Of a stretch of DNA of 64,000 nucleotides, positions 28,422-38,934 are shown piece after piece (positions within the stretch are counted from its first letter, which is position 1; each line of letters starts with the position of its first letter). This DNA comes from Pseudomonadota bacterium (GTDB taxonomy: Bacteria > Bdellovibrionota > Bdellovibrionia > Bdellovibrionales > Bdellovibrionaceae). The stretch is taken from NCBI GenBank assembly GCA_041178425.1, contig JBEGVH010000022.1, positions 80-64,079 on the forward strand, given 5' to 3'. Below the pieces are notes generated by a model. It was given only the letters and a program-made list of their open reading frames with translations. It was not told the DNA's origin and made no database searches. A program made the translations under genes and the position numbers.

Positions 28422-31139
28422 CTAGTGTTGAACAGGGGGTTTTTGCTTTAAAACTGCCTGCGCTGCAGCAAGTCTAGCGATTGGAACGCGGTATGGCGAA
28501 CAGCTCACATAGCTCAAACCAACTTTGTGGAAAAACTCCACACTTGCTGGATCACCACCATGTTCTCCACAAATTCCCGTTTTTAAATCAGACTTCGTTG
28601 AACGCCCCAGTTGAACGGCTGTTTTAACCAGCGACCCAACCCCCACCTGATCGAGACTCACAAATGGATCACGTGCCAAGATCCCATGAGAAACATAACT
28701 ACCCAAAAAGCGGCCTGCATCATCACGAGAAAGACCCAACGTGGTTTGCGTAAGATCATTAGTCCCAAAACTGAAGAAGTCAGCATGGTGAGCAATAGCA
28801 TCAGCCGTCACCGCCGCCCGAGGCAATTCGATCATCGTTCCCACGTGAAAATCAAACTCAATGCCTTTTTCTTTCTGTACTTTTCTCACGGTTTCTTCTG
28901 TTAGAGCTCGTAAAGTTGCGAGCTCTTTATCTACCATCACCAGAGGAATCATGATTTCTGGTGTTAATACTAAGCCGTCCTTGATGGCCATACAGGTCGC
29001 TTCTGCGATGGCTCGAACCTGCATTTCGTATATTTCGGGATATGTGATCGCCAACCGACATCCCCGGTGACCCAACATGGGGTTGAATTCGTGCAGAGCG
29101 TGAACCTTATTTTGCAACCGATCAGCGTCCATGTGAAGTCGATGAGCAAGATCTTTGATTTCGCTCGAAGTCTGCGGCACGAACTCGTGAAGAGGCGGAT
29201 CCAAAAGGCGAATCGTGACAGGGTAACCCTTCATAATTTTAAACAGTTCGTAAAAATCTTGCCGCTGCATCGGCAATAGTTTTTGCAACGCCGCTTCGCG
29301 ATCAACTTTGGAATCAGCAATAATCATTTCACGAACGGCATCAATGCGATCGGCGCCAAAAAACATGTGCTCCGTTCGGCAGAGTCCGATTCCTTCGGCG
29401 CCAAAACCGCGGGCGGTTTCTGCATCTTTGGGAGTATCCGCGTTGGCTCTCACTTTTAAAGTTCTCACCCTATCGGCAATTGCCATTAAATGCTCAAAGT
29501 TGGAATCGAGCTTAGGCTCGATGGTTTTGACTTCACCCAAGAAGACTTCTCCTGTGGAACCCTCAAGAGTGATCACATCTCCTTTTTTCAGCACATACCC
29601 CTTCATGTGCATTGTTTCTTTATGAATATCGATATCGATCTCGCCACACCCTGCAACACAACATTTACCCATACCACGAGCAACAACAGCCGCGTGAGAG
29701 GTCATCCCACCACGTGTGGTCAAGATTCCCTTAGAAGCAACCATACCCGCGATATCTTCGGGGGAGGTTTCAATTCGAACCAATATAACATTATGACCTT
29801 TATCTCTCCACTCTACCGCCTCTTCGGCCGTAAAAACGATTTGCCCCGACACACCACCAGGACTTGCTGGCAAACCCTTGGCTAAAAGTGTCTTTGGTGA
29901 TTTAGGATCAAGCGTAGGGTGCAGAAGCTGATCAAGACTTTGTGGATCAATTCTCAACAACGCTTCTTCCTCAGTGATCAGTTTTTCTGAGATCATGTCA
30001 CATGCAATTTTTAGCGCCGCACGAGCCGTTCTTTTGCCCGTTCGAGTTTGCAGCATCCAAAGACGATTTCTTTCGATGGTAAACTCGATATCTTGCATGT
30101 CGCGAAAATATTTTTCTAATTTTTGATAAATGGCCACCAATTCTGAGTAGGCCTGGGGCATGGCTTCTTCGAGTGACATATGCCCAGCGCCATCGGCACT
30201 TTCTTTAGTCAGGTGCTGAGGCGTTCGAATCCCCGCCACAACATCTTCGCCCTGAGCATTAATCAAAAACTCGCCATAAAACCGCTTGTCACCGGTGGAT
30301 GGATCTCGAGTGAAGGCAACTCCCGTCGCAGAGTCATTACCCATATTTCCAAATACCATTGATTGAATGTTAACAGCTGTTCCCCATTCCGCGGGAATAT
30401 GGTGAATTTCACGATAGGTCACGGCCCGCGGAGTGTTCCAACTACGAAAAACGGCTGAGATGGCCCCCCAAAGCTGATCCATGGGATTCTCTGGAAAAAT
30501 CTGACCCGTGCTGTCTCTTATCTGCTGTTTGAATTTTTTAACCAACTTCTGTAAATCTTCGACAGTGAGATCCGTATCGTATTTATAATGCTTTTCTTCT
30601 TTGAGATCTTCGAGCGTCACTTCAAGAAGTGTGCTGTTCATACCCATAACAACATCGGAATACATTTGCAAAAAGCGACGATAGGAATCCCAGGCGAATC
30701 GAGGATTTCCTGAAGCCTCCGCGAGTCCGAGCACGGTGATGTCATTTAGCCCAAGATTGAGAATCGTATCCATCATTCCTGGCATCGAGGCCCTAGCCCC
30801 ACTCCGCACGCTCACCAAGAGAGGATTTTTTGGGTCAGCGAATTTTTTGCCAATCTTGGTTTCAACTTTTGCAAGAGCCTCGATCACGGCCGGCGAAACC
30901 CAATCAGGAAGCTTGCCATCATTAAGATAAAAGTGCGTACAGATTTCTGTTGAAATAGTAAAACCCGGAGGAACTGGAATTCCGAGCGACGTCATCTCGG
31001 CAAGATTCGCCCCTTTGCCACCCAGCAGGTTTTTCATACCAGCATTTCCCTCGGTGTCTCCCGCAGAAAAGAAATAAACAAATTTTTGGGGCTTAACCGA
31101 ACTCTTTTGACTGTTTGATTGCGTTGTCAAACTACCCAT
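28422..31139 (-). CDS. ppdK: Pyruvate, phosphate dikinase
   Basis: GGKGANLAEM, catalytic-His loop GGMTSHAAVVARG, C-terminal PEP-utilising motif GLCRTEHMF and FFSFGTNDLTQ. Confidence 0.94.
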   Translation of the reverse strand: MGSLTTQSNSQKSSVKPQKFVYFFSAGDTEGNAGMKNLLGGKGANLAEMTSLGIPVPPGFTISTEICTHFYLNDGKLPDWVSPAVIEALAKVETKIGKKFADPKNPLLVSVRSGARASMPGMMDTILNLGLNDITVLGLAEASGNPRFAWDSYRRFLQMYSDVVMGMNSTLLEVTLEDLKEEKHYKYDTDLTVEDLQKLVKKFKQQIRDSTGQIFPENPMDQLWGAISAVFRSWNTPRAVTYREIHHIPAEWGTAVNIQSMVFGNMGNDSATGVAFTRDPSTGDKRFYGEFLINAQGEDVVAGIRTPQHLTKESADGAGHMSLEEAMPQAYSELVAIYQKLEKYFRDMQDIEFTIERNRLWMLQTRTGKRTARAALKIACDMISEKLITEEEALLRIDPQSLDQLLHPTLDPKSPKTLLAKGLPASPGGVSGQIVFTAEEAVEWRDKGHNVILVRIETSPEDIAGMVASKGILTTRGGMTSHAAVVARGMGKCCVAGCGEIDIDIHKETMHMKGYVLKKGDVITLEGSTGEVFLGEVKTIEPKLDSNFEHLMAIADRVRTLKVRANADTPKDAETARGFGAEGIGLCRTEHMFFGADRIDAVREMIIADSKVDREAALQKLLPMQRQDFYELFKIMKGYPVTIRLLDPPLHEFVPQTSSEIKDLAHRLHMDADRLQNKVHALHEFNPMLGHRGCRLAITYPEIYEMQVRAIAEATCMAIKDGLVLTPEIMIPLVMVDKELATLRALTEETVRKVQKEKGIEFDFHVGTMIELPRAAVTADAIAHHADFFSFGTNDLTQTTLGLSRDDAGRFLGSYVSHGILARDPFVSLDQVGVGSLVKTAVQLGRSTKSDLKTGICGEHGGDPASVEFFHKVGLSYVSCSPYRVPIARLAAAQAVLKQKPPVQH

Positions 31140-31169
31140 GGATGGCTCCTCTGTTCGTTTTATTTTACA

Positions 31170-32513
31170 TTAAACTTTCAAAAATGTTCGAAGTTTAGAA
31201 TGAATATAATTAGCTAATTCACTAATCGCGACTCGCTCCTGCTGCATGGTATCTCTATGACGAACGGTCACGGCTTGATCGTTGATAGAATCAAAATCGT
31301 AAGTCACACAGAAAGGCGTTCCAATTTCGTCCTGACGACGATACCGCTTACCAATACTCTGCGCTTCGTCGTAGGTCACTTCCCACGTCTCGGCGAGTTC
31401 TTCACGCAACCTCATGGCAGGTTCTGTTAACTCGGGCTTTTTAGAGAGCGGCAGGATAGCCACTTTGATTGGAGAAATATCAGGATGAAGACCAAGCACC
31501 ACTCGAACGTCTTCAGCCCCCTTCTCATCCACGGTGACTTCTTCGCGATACGCTTCACAAAGAAGAGCTAAGAAAAGTCGATCACAGCCTACGGCCGTTT
31601 CAATCACCCAAGGAATGAATTTTTCTTTATTGGCCTCATCAAAGTACTCTAGAGATTTTCCAGAAAATTTCATGTGCTGACTGAGGTCAAAATCACTGCG
31701 ATTATGAATCCCCTCGAGTTCCTGCCAACCAATCGGAAATTTATACTGAACATCAACCGCCGCTTTTGCGTAGTGTGCCAATGTTTCGTGAGGGAGGAAT
31801 CTCAGGTTGTCGGGATTGATTCCCAGTTTAAGATAAAAATTCCAACGAAGATCCTTCCATTGATCAAACCAACCAGTATCTGTACCCGGCTTTACAAAAT
31901 ACTGCATCTCCATTTGTTCAAACTCGCGAGTACGAAAAATAAAGTTTCCTGGAGTGATCTCATTACGAAACGATTTTCCGATTTGAGCGATACCGAAGGG
32001 AATCTTTTTACGAGACGTGGTTTGGCAATTACCAAAATTGACAAAAATTCCCTGCGCTGTTTCGGGCCTGAGATAAACAATGGAGGCGGAGTCGTCTGAT
32101 GGGCCCATAAAGGTTTTGAACATTAAGTTGAACTGACGCGGTTCCGTCAGATCGTGACTACCACAAAAAGGACACTTTTTATGATTGAGATAAGATTCGG
32201 TGTTGTCGCTACGAAATCTTTGTTTACAATTCTTACAGTCTACGAGGGGATCAGAAAAACCATCCACGTGCCCAGACGCCTTCCAAACCGTTGGATGCAT
32301 GAGAATGGCCGCGTCGATACCGACTACATCTTGACGCCGAGTCATCGCATTCCACCACGCTCTTTTGACATTCATTTTCATTTGAGATCCGAGTGGTCCG
32401 TAGTCCCAGCATGAACTGAGCCCACCGTAAACCTCACTGCTTGGAAATACAAATCCTCTTTGTTTACAGAGAGCCACTAAAGTTTGCATGTCTTCAAGAC
32501 GTTTAATCTTCAT
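31170..32513 (-). CDS. glyQS: Glycine--tRNA ligase, dimeric (alpha2) type
   Basis: [56 protein letters not shown] 32513 is preceded by GAGGTGG. Confidence 0.9.
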   Translation of the reverse strand: MKIKRLEDMQTLVALCKQRGFVFPSSEVYGGLSSCWDYGPLGSQMKMNVKRAWWNAMTRRQDVVGIDAAILMHPTVWKASGHVDGFSDPLVDCKNCKQRFRSDNTESYLNHKKCPFCGSHDLTEPRQFNLMFKTFMGPSDDSASIVYLRPETAQGIFVNFGNCQTTSRKKIPFGIAQIGKSFRNEITPGNFIFRTREFEQMEMQYFVKPGTDTGWFDQWKDLRWNFYLKLGINPDNLRFLPHETLAHYAKAAVDVQYKFPIGWQELEGIHNRSDFDLSQHMKFSGKSLEYFDEANKEKFIPWVIETAVGCDRLFLALLCEAYREEVTVDEKGAEDVRVVLGLHPDISPIKVAILPLSKKPELTEPAMRLREELAETWEVTYDEAQSIGKRYRRQDEIGTPFCVTYDFDSINDQAVTVRHRDTMQQERVAISELANYIHSKLRTFLKV

Positions 32514-32698
32514 CGATCCACCTCGGGTCAAAAACCGCTGTCGCTTCAATAGTTATTGATATTATTATTAAATTTGTTTGTTTTTCGTAACACCAGAGCT
32601 AACAACTTTCTCCTGCGACAGTCAAAATAAAAGACAAGCCCGGGGGCAAGGTACCCCATGCTTACTGCTTAGATGTTTGGCATTTTAATGAAGGAATC

Positions 32699-33421
32699 TT
32701 AACCTGTTTGTTTCTCTAATTTTGCCATCGAGTCGCGACAGACATCGAGTAGGAGTGAATTCATACGACGCTGCATTTGAATCTGCCCCTCTGGGTGAAA
32801 AACTCCACCAATCATCTGTGCAACCACGTCACCTTTTTTGAGCTTTTTAGTATGCTTAACCATGAACTCAAACTCATCGGAAGGGCGTTTTTTAACAGAA
32901 ATAGAGGCTCGCACCAAGTCTCCCACTGCAAACTCGCTAAAACCACTTTTCAACACGATAGAGACACCGTTGGAACTAATATCATAGAGCACAGCGAAGC
33001 CTTTAATCGGTCGCCCATTACGATGAGTCAATTTGATGAGGTTAAAATAGCTCTCTGAAACCTTAATTCGCTCTCCTCGACGACGCTGAAGGGAGTATAT
33101 CTTCGATATAACATCAAGGCGAACCTCACCCTTGCCTGCCGGAAGCAATTGTGCCTTGAACAGATATTTTTTTTCTTCGATGACAAAACTAATAAGAATG
33201 TAATCAGTTTTTTTAGAGACGGTTGATAATCCTTTGGTGGTGGCAAAGAAAGTCGAATCGGTAGCGCCCTCGGTTTTAGGAATACAGATCACCGATTTTT
33301 TTGAGTCTGTGAGACCAATCATTTCCACTTGATTAGTGATGGCAAAGGCCAAGGCCCCCATGGCTTCAAAGTCGTCAAGCGGTTGAAACACTTTTTTTAA
33401 ATCACTCGGGCCTGAGCTCAT
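32699..33421 (-). CDS. PilZ-domain protein with an N-terminal YcgR-like domain
   Basis: Canonical RRRGER (RxxxR) and DISSNG (DxSxxG) motifs. ATG 33421; the ORF track starts at TTG 33463. Confidence 0.65.
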   Translation of the reverse strand: MSSGPSDLKKVFQPLDDFEAMGALAFAITNQVEMIGLTDSKKSVICIPKTEGATDSTFFATTKGLSTVSKKTDYILISFVIEEKKYLFKAQLLPAGKGEVRLDVISKIYSLQRRRGERIKVSESYFNLIKLTHRNGRPIKGFAVLYDISSNGVSIVLKSGFSEFAVGDLVRASISVKKRPSDEFEFMVKHTKKLKKGDVVAQMIGGVFHPEGQIQMQRRMNSLLLDVCRDSMAKLEKQTG

Positions 33422-33465
33422 GGACTTATTGCAGCAGGAAAGGTCCTGCAGTGCAAGTCTCAAAT

Positions 33466-33515
33466 AGAAAAGTCCAGATAGACACCCTTTGTGGTTTTAT
33501 CTGGACTTCTTTTTA
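33466..33515. terminator. Bidirectional hairpin terminator after the 253-aa secreted-protein gene
   Basis: AGTCCAGATA-17 nt-TATCTGGACT (33471-33507), flanked by gaaa on one side and tcttttt on the other. Confidence 0.5.
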
Positions 33516-33546
33516 GCCGGCGAACCGACTCTTTGAGGATATGAGC

Positions 33547-34308
33547 CTAGCGAACGGTAAACAATTTGTTAACTGCAGCGCCATTGGCACTTCTGATTTG
33601 CAATAAATAGCGACCCGCTTTCGGAGTCTGAAGTGTTACATTTCGAGTAAACTCTTGGGCGATCGGCATGCAAGTTCCGTCGAATTTGTGAACTTTTGGC
33701 ATCAAAACAATCACATCGTGCTGAATAGCATGAAGAATCTCATCTTCCATTTCTGAACAAGGATTGCTCAAATAACCAACAAAGCGAACATTGTAGGTAT
33801 TCGAATTAGCATTCACAACTTTTGGAACCGTCAGTTCCGTTGTGATTGCATAATAAAGACTATCAATCTCAGTGGTTGGCGCTTTGCTCACGTGGAACTT
33901 CTTCACTTTACTCTGGCCTTCTGGGAACTGAGAGAAAATAATGTTATAAGTTCCTTCCGGCAAAGAACCCATAGAAATCTCGGCCATAAAATTCACTGGA
34001 TGTCTTAACTCCGAAGGAAGATTAGTTTCATCTTTGCAAATTTCTGTTTCTTGTTTACGAGCAAACTGTTGCACAACGATGTCGTTATTAACACCGATAA
34101 GCTTAGCCTCTGTACGATCAATCACCCAACACGCATTAGGCAAAATACCATCCACTACGATTTGCACGGTATCGTTATCGTCGTAACCATTTTCGGGAGC
34201 GAAAACACCCGCTACAGGCAGAGTCACTGTTGTTGGAGACAAAGGAACGCTTTGAGCCACTCCATAACTCGCAGTTACCAATGCCACTAGAAAACCAATA
34301 AATTTCAT
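33547..34308 (-). CDS. Secreted protein of unknown function with two internally duplicated beta-rich domains
   Basis: Signal peptide MKFIGFLVALVTASYGVAQS. The two halves share V-x-[IF]-V-x-G-x-L-x-N-x-C ... C ... G-x-Y-x-[IL] ... K-x-F-x-V. Confidence 0.5.
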   Translation of the reverse strand: MKFIGFLVALVTASYGVAQSVPLSPTTVTLPVAGVFAPENGYDDNDTVQIVVDGILPNACWVIDRTEAKLIGVNNDIVVQQFARKQETEICKDETNLPSELRHPVNFMAEISMGSLPEGTYNIIFSQFPEGQSKVKKFHVSKAPTTEIDSLYYAITTELTVPKVVNANSNTYNVRFVGYLSNPCSEMEDEILHAIQHDVIVLMPKVHKFDGTCMPIAQEFTRNVTLQTPKAGRYLLQIRSANGAAVNKLFTVR

Positions 34309-34415
34309 TTGAACCTCCCCAAAGGTTTAACAAAACTTCGTATTGAAACTTTGTTGTTAAACGTTTTAACCAAGGTTTTTCTATTATGATTGAATAACGG
34401 TGGCAATAAGATTAC

Positions 34416-37400
34416 TTAGTTGGTTGCATCATGCCGACAGGCTTCAGCAGAACCGCTGACAGCCGCCTCGTAGATATAAATGTTTCCGGCAGCGTCACGA
34501 AGTCGTAACTGGCCCGATGGCAATACAAGAGAGGTCGTCTCAAAATCTTTGTAATACGAAGCCTGCCAGGTTTTACCACCATCAAAAGAATAGGCTTTTT
34601 CGGCAAGCCCTGACATAGCATCACTTCCACCGTTGATACTCACTCGAACGACTTCGCACCCAGGTTGACTGCGGTGGGTCGTAGCCGAAATGTTCGTTAG
34701 CGTCGGAACCTCCGCATCCACCCGAACCTCACTAGACAGCGCCGAATAGGAGCCCAAATTTCCCAGGGAGTCTGAGGCTTTTACTCTAAAGCGATAAACT
34801 TTTCCATGTTGCAGTGAATAGACGGCTTTTTCGCAAGATTGCGAAATCTCCAACAAGGGACCATACGCAGTGCCGAGGGTTTCACCAGTGTCTGCCACTT
34901 TTTCTTGGGCCTCGATTGAACATTTCAGCGGAAGTGACTCAAGCTCATCCCTCACATCAACATGAATCTCATGCGGCAACGCATTAACCCACCCACTCTT
35001 TACATTGAGGTGAGCGATGGGCCCCGATGAATCAACGATGACCTCCGACTTTAAAGCTTCGCTGATATTGCCAAACCGATCTCTAAAACGAATATAAATA
35101 CTTTTTGTTCCTTCGCCTTTGGATAATTCAAAAACCTCTTCGGAACGGCAATTCCGCCATTCCGTCGGTTCCGGGCTCTCTCCGATAGCTCTCTCGACCT
35201 TCTCACTAGAATCTTGAGGACACTGAATAGCTAGCAAAACTTTATTAGATTTAATGGCTCTCGCCGCCCCCTCAATAGTTAACTGACCACCCACAGGAGC
35301 TTCCTGATCCAGAACGATATCTCGAACGAGGTCTTTGGTGGTATTTGAATAACGATCCTTAAAACGGAGGTAGACCTTTTTAGTTCCGTGACCTGACCCC
35401 AAATGATGAGGCTTATCAGACACACAAGGACTCCAGTTTGTTGGCTCCGCTGAAGCACCAAAGGCCACCTGCACCTCACCTGATTGATCAGTCGGGCAAT
35501 TGATCTTTAAATTAACGGAAGCAGTCCCAGTTATTCCGACATCGCTCCCCTCAGCGGGGATGATCGTAAAATCGCCTTTTTCAGGCGGTAAATTATCGTC
35601 TTCATCGTTCCATCGACCATTACAGTTTTCGTCTTTATCTGGATCGTTCTTTCCGGGCATGATGGCATCGGGCACGCAGGTTAACTTGTTTGCGAAATTC
35701 ACCACAACAGCCTGATCCGTGAGACGAATCATTCGTACCATAATTCCCGTTGCAGAGAAGTCAGAAACCCAACCATCCTCTGGCAGCGAGATAGACTCCG
35801 GCACTTGGCGATGATCACAATCAAATGATTTTCCGACAGCCATCCAGGCCTTTCCATTGAAGAACTGCACTTGACAGTTGTTTGGCCCACCACCACCGAC
35901 GCCCCCTTCTTCCCAAGACACCTGAAAGCTTCTCTGTCCTGGCGCATGATTCAACAGCGGATTTGGCGGCGGCGTTTCAGGGAGCGTTTCAAGAAACCAC
36001 TCCAAAGGAGAGGCACTCCCAACGGTTAAGGTTAGCTTTGTTTTCATTCCCAATTCTGAACTGGATTTTGAGACCAAACGAATTTCATCGCCACTATGGA
36101 GCCCCTCATGGAGATGACCCAATTGGTCTGCAAAAACAGAGACTCCCTTTTTTACCCACTCATCGTGATCCTTGATCTCTATATACGAATCAATCCCACC
36201 GATAAGTTGAAAGGGTACATTTCTTTCGATATCTGAGATCACCAATGATTTTGATTTGTACTCCTCCCCAGGAATAGCTTCGGCAATATCTTCTAACTCT
36301 CCTTTAAATGAGGGGGTCACATCAGCGGTCAGACACTCTTCAACACTCACCTTATTCGGATACCGGCAAGCGCTCGGTTTACAATCTCCCCAATTTTTTC
36401 CATTCCATGTTTGCAGTCCCGCCACAAACTGTTTAGGAATTTCAACCTTCGGACAATCTCTTACTTCGGGAACGCAAGCATCCGCCTCATCACCCGAGCT
36501 ATTTTGCAACTGATAATGCGGCAGACATTTTGAAATCTTACAATCGCCCCACGTCCTATCACCATGACGTGAATTCCAAGTTTGCGTTCCTTGACGAGCA
36601 CCCAAAGGTAAAGGATCACACTCTTTTACGAGGGCAATACAGACGTTTGCATCGAGGCGATAATTTTCGTTACAACGTAAAATGCGACAAGAACTCCAAT
36701 CTTCAAATGCCGGCCCTTCCCAATCTTGAATTGTCTCAGCCGCGTTTTCAGCCTTGCAAACGCGCGACTTTTCTCGAAATACAACTTTGATAGACTGATC
36801 TATGGGTGGTTCTTCTACTCGGATTGTTTTTGGGCCAACTTCGCTAGAGGCAATGTCACAACGACCAACACCATTAATGTCAGAAGGGTAACAGGTGCCC
36901 ACGTTGATCCCTTCCCCTTCTACGACAATACGAGGCAAAACGCCCATCAATGGGTTTCCTGAATTATCTTTTAAATTAATATGCACAATCGCTTTTGAGC
37001 TCGTGTTCGCGATGGCCTCAGTGGAATTCACAATTCCCAGGCTCGGCGAATTTTCGCTGATGCCCCCATGAGGACTCCTAAAAAGAACATTATAGTGGCC
37101 CGCGATAGCAGGATCCTGAGCCTTCACACGAAAGGATCCTGTTCGCAACGATTGAATTTCACAGTCTGAAGCTCCATCAAAACCGATCACAGAACAATGG
37201 CTCGTAATTCCCAATGGAGGCAATACTTCTAACACCGGAACAGCTCCAAAGCGGGGAGCTCCCCACTCATTTTTAGCCATGATTTGGAATTTGATTTTCT
37301 CAACCCCGTCAGCCTTGGCGGTCGCGTTCTCACCGTTCTTTAACTCAAAACTCCCGAACGGATCGGTGAATGTGACCTCCACCTGACCACGATTTGAATG

Positions 37401-38864
37401 CCGATCGGTAACCTTATAAACTCCCGGCACCATCGTCCAAACAAAACAAAGGCTTCTTACTTCATCTTTGGTTGAGTATTTTTTGTAAGGAAGGCAACGA
37501 TACTTTGGATCCGATTCGCTAGGACCCCGCACATCTAAAAAAGGAATAGTCCCCTCAGGCGACTGCGAAATAAGCTCAAGGACGACTGGAGAAAAACCAT
37601 CGGCCGCCTGAGAATTTGTTTTCAAAACAATTGGGCTTTGCGCAAACTCTATCTCTACACTGTCTTTGACGGCAGGATCCCTCACCTCGACGATTTTAAT
37701 ACCAGGCTCTGTCGAGGAGATCTGACACTTCACCTTTCCTTCAGCATTTCCTGAACCGCAGGTCCAGTGATTGATCCCCGTACCAATTATGTCGAGCTCC
37801 GGAGACTGAATTTTCAGTGGAGCATTCGAGGAATCTTTTAATTGAATCTCAACCTCTACTTTCGAGAAGCCATCAGCAATGGCCGCTTGTTCCGAAAAAT
37901 ACCGAAGATACTTTTTATCATCAACAAAATCGATCGCGAGAGTTTCTTCTTCGCCCCCTCCTGAATCTAGCCGAAGCAGTTTTGTGCCGCCGACCTTCGA
38001 CGATAATTTACACGCCGATTCTCCATGAGTCATTCGAGAGCAAGCCACTTCAACATCATTTGGTTGAATTTGAAACCGCGGCAATTCGTTTCCTTTAACA
38101 ATCAATCGAACAAAAGAATCAGAACGACCTGCATACGCTCGGGCGTTCACCACTCTCATCCGAGACTCTTCAAATTGAACCTCAATCGATGGCAAAGTCG
38201 GATTATTGGAACCCAACACATAAAGCCCTGGCTCATTCGCTGTGATTCGACAAATTGAAATCCCAGCTTCCGAAGTGATTGAACAATGAACCTTGCCCGC
38301 ATTACCTTTTTCAAAATAAAGTTGCGGCCGAAGACCATATCGAGGCAAACCTTTGGAGTTTTTGAGATGAACTTCAATGATAGCAGTAGCAAAACCATTC
38401 GCGGGTACCATGTGTCGCTTAACGAGCATTTTTCCGAGGAGCGGATTTTCAAAAAAGAACGCACGAGCACTTTTCAACATGCGTACATTTTTTGAATAGA
38501 TAATTTTTGGTCCACCCTGGTTCGAGGTGAGTGAGCAATCAGCGTACTCTGCACCCGACGGTTCACAATGAATTTTATTTTCACCCGCTCCAATCACCCC
38601 TAATTCAGGTTTGAAATTCTTGATGGGGTTTCCACCAGAATCTTTGGCGTAAAAATAAACTGGGACTTTGGAGGAGCCGTCAGCAAAAGCCGGTGCCGAC
38701 TCGGGGACGACAATGTTTGATAATTTGGAATCAACAGACTTTGCCAACTCATCCATTGGTGATGGGAGCGGCTGACAAGACACAGTAAGGCCCACGCAGG
38801 CAATGAATGCAATGCCCACCCACAATTGGGTCAAACAAAATGTTCGCGTTCGCCGACTCAACAT
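34416..38864 (-). CDS. 1482-aa multi-Ig-like surface protein (probable lipoprotein/adhesin)
   Basis: N-terminal signal with a lipobox-like GLTVSC. Seven ~95-aa invasin/Big-like repeats (aa 50-700), each with a Cys pair. Three Trp/Cys modules (aa 713-845). Two clear tandem ~93-aa repeats plus a third degenerate one (aa 1098-1388). Confidence 0.75.
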   Translation of the reverse strand: MLSRRTRTFCLTQLWVGIAFIACVGLTVSCQPLPSPMDELAKSVDSKLSNIVVPESAPAFADGSSKVPVYFYAKDSGGNPIKNFKPELGVIGAGENKIHCEPSGAEYADCSLTSNQGGPKIIYSKNVRMLKSARAFFFENPLLGKMLVKRHMVPANGFATAIIEVHLKNSKGLPRYGLRPQLYFEKGNAGKVHCSITSEAGISICRITANEPGLYVLGSNNPTLPSIEVQFEESRMRVVNARAYAGRSDSFVRLIVKGNELPRFQIQPNDVEVACSRMTHGESACKLSSKVGGTKLLRLDSGGGEEETLAIDFVDDKKYLRYFSEQAAIADGFSKVEVEIQLKDSSNAPLKIQSPELDIIGTGINHWTCGSGNAEGKVKCQISSTEPGIKIVEVRDPAVKDSVEIEFAQSPIVLKTNSQAADGFSPVVLELISQSPEGTIPFLDVRGPSESDPKYRCLPYKKYSTKDEVRSLCFVWTMVPGVYKVTDRHSNRGQVEVTFTDPFGSFELKNGENATAKADGVEKIKFQIMAKNEWGAPRFGAVPVLEVLPPLGITSHCSVIGFDGASDCEIQSLRTGSFRVKAQDPAIAGHYNVLFRSPHGGISENSPSLGIVNSTEAIANTSSKAIVHINLKDNSGNPLMGVLPRIVVEGEGINVGTCYPSDINGVGRCDIASSEVGPKTIRVEEPPIDQSIKVVFREKSRVCKAENAAETIQDWEGPAFEDWSSCRILRCNENYRLDANVCIALVKECDPLPLGARQGTQTWNSRHGDRTWGDCKISKCLPHYQLQNSSGDEADACVPEVRDCPKVEIPKQFVAGLQTWNGKNWGDCKPSACRYPNKVSVEECLTADVTPSFKGELEDIAEAIPGEEYKSKSLVISDIERNVPFQLIGGIDSYIEIKDHDEWVKKGVSVFADQLGHLHEGLHSGDEIRLVSKSSSELGMKTKLTLTVGSASPLEWFLETLPETPPPNPLLNHAPGQRSFQVSWEEGGVGGGGPNNCQVQFFNGKAWMAVGKSFDCDHRQVPESISLPEDGWVSDFSATGIMVRMIRLTDQAVVVNFANKLTCVPDAIMPGKNDPDKDENCNGRWNDEDDNLPPEKGDFTIIPAEGSDVGITGTASVNLKINCPTDQSGEVQVAFGASAEPTNWSPCVSDKPHHLGSGHGTKKVYLRFKDRYSNTTKDLVRDIVLDQEAPVGGQLTIEGAARAIKSNKVLLAIQCPQDSSEKVERAIGESPEPTEWRNCRSEEVFELSKGEGTKSIYIRFRDRFGNISEALKSEVIVDSSGPIAHLNVKSGWVNALPHEIHVDVRDELESLPLKCSIEAQEKVADTGETLGTAYGPLLEISQSCEKAVYSLQHGKVYRFRVKASDSLGNLGSYSALSSEVRVDAEVPTLTNISATTHRSQPGCEVVRVSINGGSDAMSGLAEKAYSFDGGKTWQASYYKDFETTSLVLPSGQLRLRDAAGNIYIYEAAVSGSAEACRHDATN

Positions 38865-38934
38865 TATAGCCTCAAAACCAAAAACAGCAACCCATCAAAA
38901 TAATTCAACAATAGACATAAACAGGGTTTGTTTT

